Origin: Scenedesmus sp. PABB004
Lineage: Eukaryota
Length of the DNA: 64,000 bases
Assembly: GCA_014905635.1 (NCBI GenBank)
Contig: JABVCE010000029.1
Span: forward strand, 62,001 to 126,000
Direction of reading: 5' to 3'
Shown: piece after piece, positions 59,546 through 64,000 of the stretch
Position numbering within the stretch: position 1 is the stretch's first letter
How the letters are laid out: each line of letters starts with the position of its first letter
Made by a program: the position numbers and the translations under genes
Notes under the pieces: model-generated
What the model was told of the DNA's origin: nothing
Database searches by the model: none
Seen by the model: only the letters and a program-made list of their open reading frames with translations

Positions 59546-62500
59546 ATGGCGGCGGACGAGCACGCCATACCGCTGGACGGAGACGAAATGCCGAGCGTGA
59601 GCGGCGCCGCGCGGGGCCCAGGGCGGCCGGGGCCGGCCGCGGCGCGCCATCAGCGGCGGGCGGCGCAGCAGGGGGGCGTGCGGCGCCGCGCAGGCGCCCC
59701 GCCGGCGCGGGAGGGCGGTCGTAGCGGCCGCGCCGTGCGCTGGGACCGCGCTGGCGCCCGCGCCGGCGCCGGCGCCGGCAGCAGCGGCGGCCGCCGCGCC
59801 TTGACGCCGCCGCCGTGCGCCGCCGCCGCCGCGCGCAGGCGCAGGGGCAGGAGCAGGAGCAGCAGCAGCAGGCCCAGCAGCAGCAGGGCGACGGCGGCGA
59901 GCCGCCGCCGGGGCCGCCGCCACCGGCACCGCGCCCGCACCCGCCGGGCGACGGCCGGGTGCTGGTGCTGTTCGACCTCAACGGCGTGCTCACCGACCAC
60001 ACGCCGGCGCGCATGGAGGGGCGCTACATGGTGCGCCGCCACATCGTGCGGCCCCACATCGAGGCGCTGCTGCGCCTGCTCCCGCACTTCCGGCTCGGCG
60101 TGTTCAGCAGCGCGACGCGGCGCACCGTCAACGCCGCCCTCGGCACCATGCACGCGCGCCTGCGCGACGCCGCGGCCGCGAGCGGCATCGGTGCGCGGCG
60201 CGCGGCGCGGGGCGGCACGCGGCGCGCCGCACAGCATGCGCGCGCGGGCGACCGCCGCGACTCGCGCCGCCGCCGCCGCCGCCGCCGCCGCTGCGCAGAC
60301 CCGGGCGTGGTGCCGCCGGTGCACGCCATCTTCACCGTCATATGCGACCGCAGTGCCTGCCAGCCCGACCCCTTTGTGCGCCGCGCCGCGCGTCCTGCAA
60401 GCTCGCGCCGCGCGTCCTGCGAGCGCGCGCCGTGCGTCCTGCGAGCGCTGCCCTGCTCACCCGCGCCCGCGCGCGCGGCCTCCCCCGCGCGCCTGCGCAG
60501 TGGCAGTCGCGCGCGGACGGCAAGGAGTGGGACACCATCAAGCCCCTCGCGCGGCAGGGCTTTGACCTGGAGCGCACCATCCTGGTGAGGCCCGCCGCCG
60601 CGTGCGCACGCGGCGAGGGGCGGCGGCCTGCGTTTCGAACCGCGCCGCCGCCGCTGCTGCGTGTGTGTGTGTGTGCGTGCGTGCGTGCGCGCAGGTGGAC
60701 AACGATCACTACAAGAGCGCCGCGGGGGAGGAGGAGAGCATGCTGCTGGTGCCGCACTGGGAGCAGGAGCCCGGTGCGCAGCAGGCCGCGGCGCCGCCCG
60801 CTGCGTGCGTGCGTGCGTGGGCCCTAGCTCGCTCGCGCCCGCCCGCTCACGCGCGCGCGCCATGCGTGCGCGCCGCCGCCGCAGTGTCGGACCGCGACCT
60901 CCCGCTGCTCGTGGGGCTGCTGCTGTCGATGGTCAAGAACTGCACCGGTGAGCAGCGGCGGCGGCGGGGCCGGGGCGCAGCGCCGGGTGCGGCGCCCCGC
61001 GCCCGCGGCGCGCGTGCTCACGCGCGGGCGCGCGCGCCGCCGCAGGCGACGTGCGCCCGCACCTGGAGCCGCTGCGGCAGCAGCTGCTGCTGCTGCGCGC
61101 GCACGAGCTCGAGCCGCAGCCGGCGCTGGACGAGGCCGCCCTGCGCGCGCTGTGCGAGGCGGCGGCGGCGGCCGGGGCGCGCCCGACGCGCCCGGCGCGC
61201 CCCCCGGCGCCGCGTGGGAGGCGCGGCGCGCGCAGGAGGCGTCGCAGGCGGCCAACGCGCGGCTGCGGGGCCAGGTGTTCTGGGGCGTGCGCGTCGAGGC
61301 CGCCGGCGCGGCTCCGCCGCACGTGCAGCGCCTCGTCGCCGCGCTGGGCAGGCACAGCGCGGGCGCCGGCGGCGACGCGGCCGCGCCGCCGGCCGGCGGC
61401 GACGTGGACGTGGCCGCGCTGCTGGGCGGCAACGCGGCGGCGGCCGCGGCGGCGTACCGGCAGCACCAGCTGCACGCGCTGCTCGGCGCGGCGTGGGGCG
61501 CGGCGTTCAGCGCGCCCGCCGCGTTCAGCGACGCGCAGGTGCGCCAGCTCCTGCGCGCGCGCGGCCTGCCCGCGGCGCACGCTGCCGCGGTGCTTGATGT
61601 GATGCTGCGCCGAGGGGAGCTCGCGCACTGGCACCCCGGCTTTGGCCACGATCAGCTGCTCGCGCTGCACGGCCAGGCCGCGCCGGCGCCCGCCGACGGC
61701 GCGGCGCCCGCCGACGGCGCGGCGCCCGCCGACGGCGCGGCGCACGCCGACGGCGCGGCGCCGGCGAGTGGCGCGCCCGTCGCGTGGCCCTGGCCCGCGC
61801 CGCAGGGCCACTGGCCGGCCGCGCCGGCGGCCGCCGGCGCTGGCGGCGACCCGGCGCCCGGCGAGGCGCGCTTTGCGTGGGAGGGCTCGCTGCTCGTGCC
61901 GCAGCTGAACGTGCGCCGGCTCAAGACGGTCGGCAAGGCCGCGGCGAGCGTCGCGGCCGCGGTCGCGCGCGGGCCTGACGCCGTGTCGGCGGCGCTCGCG
62001 GGCTTTGGCGCGGCGCCGGTCGAGGCGGGCGGCGCGTACCCGCGCATGGACGCGGTCGCGAAGGCCAACCCGGTGCTCGCGGACTGGCGCACGCTGATGC
62101 AGCTGGCCATCCGGGACCTGATGCTCAACACGCGCGGCGTCACGCGGGCCCAGGTCGCCGCGTTCGTCGGCGGCCTCGCGCCCGGCGTCGCGGCGCAGCT
62201 GCTCGGCGGCGCCGGCGCGACGCCCGAGGCGCAGGCGGCGCGGCTGCGCGAGCTGCTCGCCGCGCTGGCGGCGCAGGCGCAGCCGGCGCAGCCGGACAGC
62301 CTCGCGGCGACGGCGGCGGCGGTCGTGGCTACGCTGGGCCACCAGCAGCAGCAGGCCAAGCAGGCGCCCGCGCTGGGGCTGCTGGTGGAGCCGTGCCAGG
62401 CGCCGGTGGTGCAGGCCGGCGGGGGCCAGCAGCAGCGCGACCGGCCGGCGCCCGGCGGCCTCGACCCGGCGGCGGGCGACGCGGCGGCGGCGCTCTGCCG

Positions 62501-62848
62501 CTTCTGCGTCAGTGTCGTACCCAGCGCGGCCGCGGTGGAGCAGTCGCTCGCGGTGCTGGCCTCAGCGGCCGCCGCCGCGGCGGCGGCAGCGGCAGGCACC
62601 GCCGACGCTGGCGCGCTCTTGGAGGAGCTGCGGCGGCAGCTCGCAGAGCCGGTGCTGCCCGTGCTCGCGCCTGCCGAGCCGGACGGCGGCGCGGTGGCGC
62701 TCAACGTGCCGTGCGAGGCGCTGCCCTGGCTACAGAAGCAGCACGAGCAGGCGCTCGAGCGCAAGCGGCGGCGCGAGCAGCAGGCGGCGGAGCAGGCCGG
62801 CGCGGGCGAGCAGCAGGAGCCGCAGGAGTCGCAGCAGCAGGAGGGGGC

Positions 62849-62919
<71 letters not shown>

Positions 62920-64000
62920 GGCAGGATCAGCAGCAGTCGGTGGATCAGGGCAGCCGCAAGAAGCGGCGAGGCGGCGAGGCAGGCCTGCAGCAGCAGCAGC
63001 CGGAGCAGAACGCGGCAGCGGCCGCCGAGGCGGGCGGCAAGAAGCGCAAGCGCGCGGTGGCCGACCCGTCGGCTGACCATCTGGCGGAGTCGCTCCTGGG
63101 CGAGCTGTACGACGCTGACGAGGCGGCACGCGCGGCGGCGGGCGGCGCCGATGGCACCGGCGCCGACGGCGGCGAGCCGGGCTCCAGCGACGACGACGAC
63201 GATGGCGGCGACCGCGACGGCAATGACAGCAGCAGCGGCGACTTTGACGACGGGCGGCACGACAGCCAGCTGCAGCTTGGCGTGCACGGCATGGACGAGC
63301 TGTCCAGCAGCGACGACGGCAGCGACGATGACGACAAGGAGGAGGGCGGCTTTGACCCCGGCACCGACGACGACCGCGGCGGCGCCGAGCCCGCGGCCCC
63401 GGGCGCGGCATCACCGCCGGCCGCTGGTGCCACCTGCCGGGCGCGCAGCCGCTGCACGGCGAGCTCGCGGCCGCGGTCGCCGCGCTCGCGGCGGAGGGCG
63501 GCCGCGACGCCGGCGCCGCGGGCGCCGCGCCGACGGCGCTGCACGGCGAGATCCTGCGCTTCGCCGCCGCCGCCGCGCCGACGGCCGCGGAGCGCCTGGT
63601 GCTGGGCTGCGCGATGCAGCAGCTGCAGGCCGCCGCGCAGCAGCTCTGGCCCAGCGCCGAGGCCGTGCTCTTTGGCTCCCAGGTGAGACGGCGGCGCAGG
63701 CCCGGCCCAGCACACGGCGCTGGGTGCACAGCGCACAGCGTGGCTGCGCGCGCCCGCTGGCCGCACCCGCTGACCGCGCCGCCGCCGCGCCCGCAGGCGT
63801 CCGGGCTGGCGCTGCCGGCGAGCGACCTGGACGTGGTGCTGCTTGGCACGCCCTGCCCCAGCCCCGGCCGCGGCGCGGCGGAGGGCTTCTCCACCAAGCA
63901 GCGCGCCAAGATCCGCACCCTGCTGCTCGACCTGCGCAAGGCGCTGCGGCGGTGCGCCGCGCCGCGCGCTGCGCAGCCAGCGCCGCGGCTGCCCGCCCGC
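59546..64000 (+). CDS. NIF/FCP1-like HAD domain protein apparently fused to a TRF4/PAP2-like nucleotidyltransferase; runs off window; two apparent frameshifts
   Basis: VLVLFDLNGVL, VRPHIEALL, GVFSSA, IKPL, TIL|VDNDHYK; later LHGEILRF...LWPSAEAVLFGSQ|ASGLALPASDLDVVL. Confidence 0.7.
62851..62917 (+). repeat. (CAG)n poly-Gln tract
   Basis: About 22 CAG units in the coding frame. Confidence 0.9.

Noticed and set aside
1..64000. Hundreds of long Ala/Arg/Gly/Pro-rich ORFs in the six-frame track, many overlapping on both strands
   Set aside because: Stop codons are rare at this GC content; these are shadow frames or intron read-through of the spliced genes

Overview
Extremely GC-rich, gene-dense eukaryotic nuclear DNA with short spliceosomal introns, TGTAA poly(A) signals and plastid-targeted genes. 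It is most likely from a chlorophyte green alga (Sphaeropleales-like; inference). Most ORFs in the track are GC shadow ORFs. Hand splicing gives about 22 genes: IQM-like, BCL7/BDH-like, BAG6-like, alpha/beta hydrolase, CREST-family membrane hydrolase, TIC56, a YVH1/DUSP12-HAD fusion, TDY MAPK, plastid RPS6, DDX10/DBP4, START/SRPBCC, RRP6L3, NAXD, OPR, PDZ, M8 peptidase, a secreted protein, a METTL24-like methyltransferase, HisG, a NIF-phosphatase/TRF4-like nucleotidyltransferase fusion and two unknown membrane proteins. Highlights: (1) three box C/D snoRNAs with rRNA-complementary guides in DDX10 intron 2; (2) two unusual phosphatase fusions; (3) a 12.5-16.1 kb composite hAT-derived region with about 845-bp direct repeats and a near-identical 418-bp copy of a neighbouring promoter/first exon; (4) frequent GC-AG introns. 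Gene boundaries and family calls come from manual reading and motif recall, not database searches.
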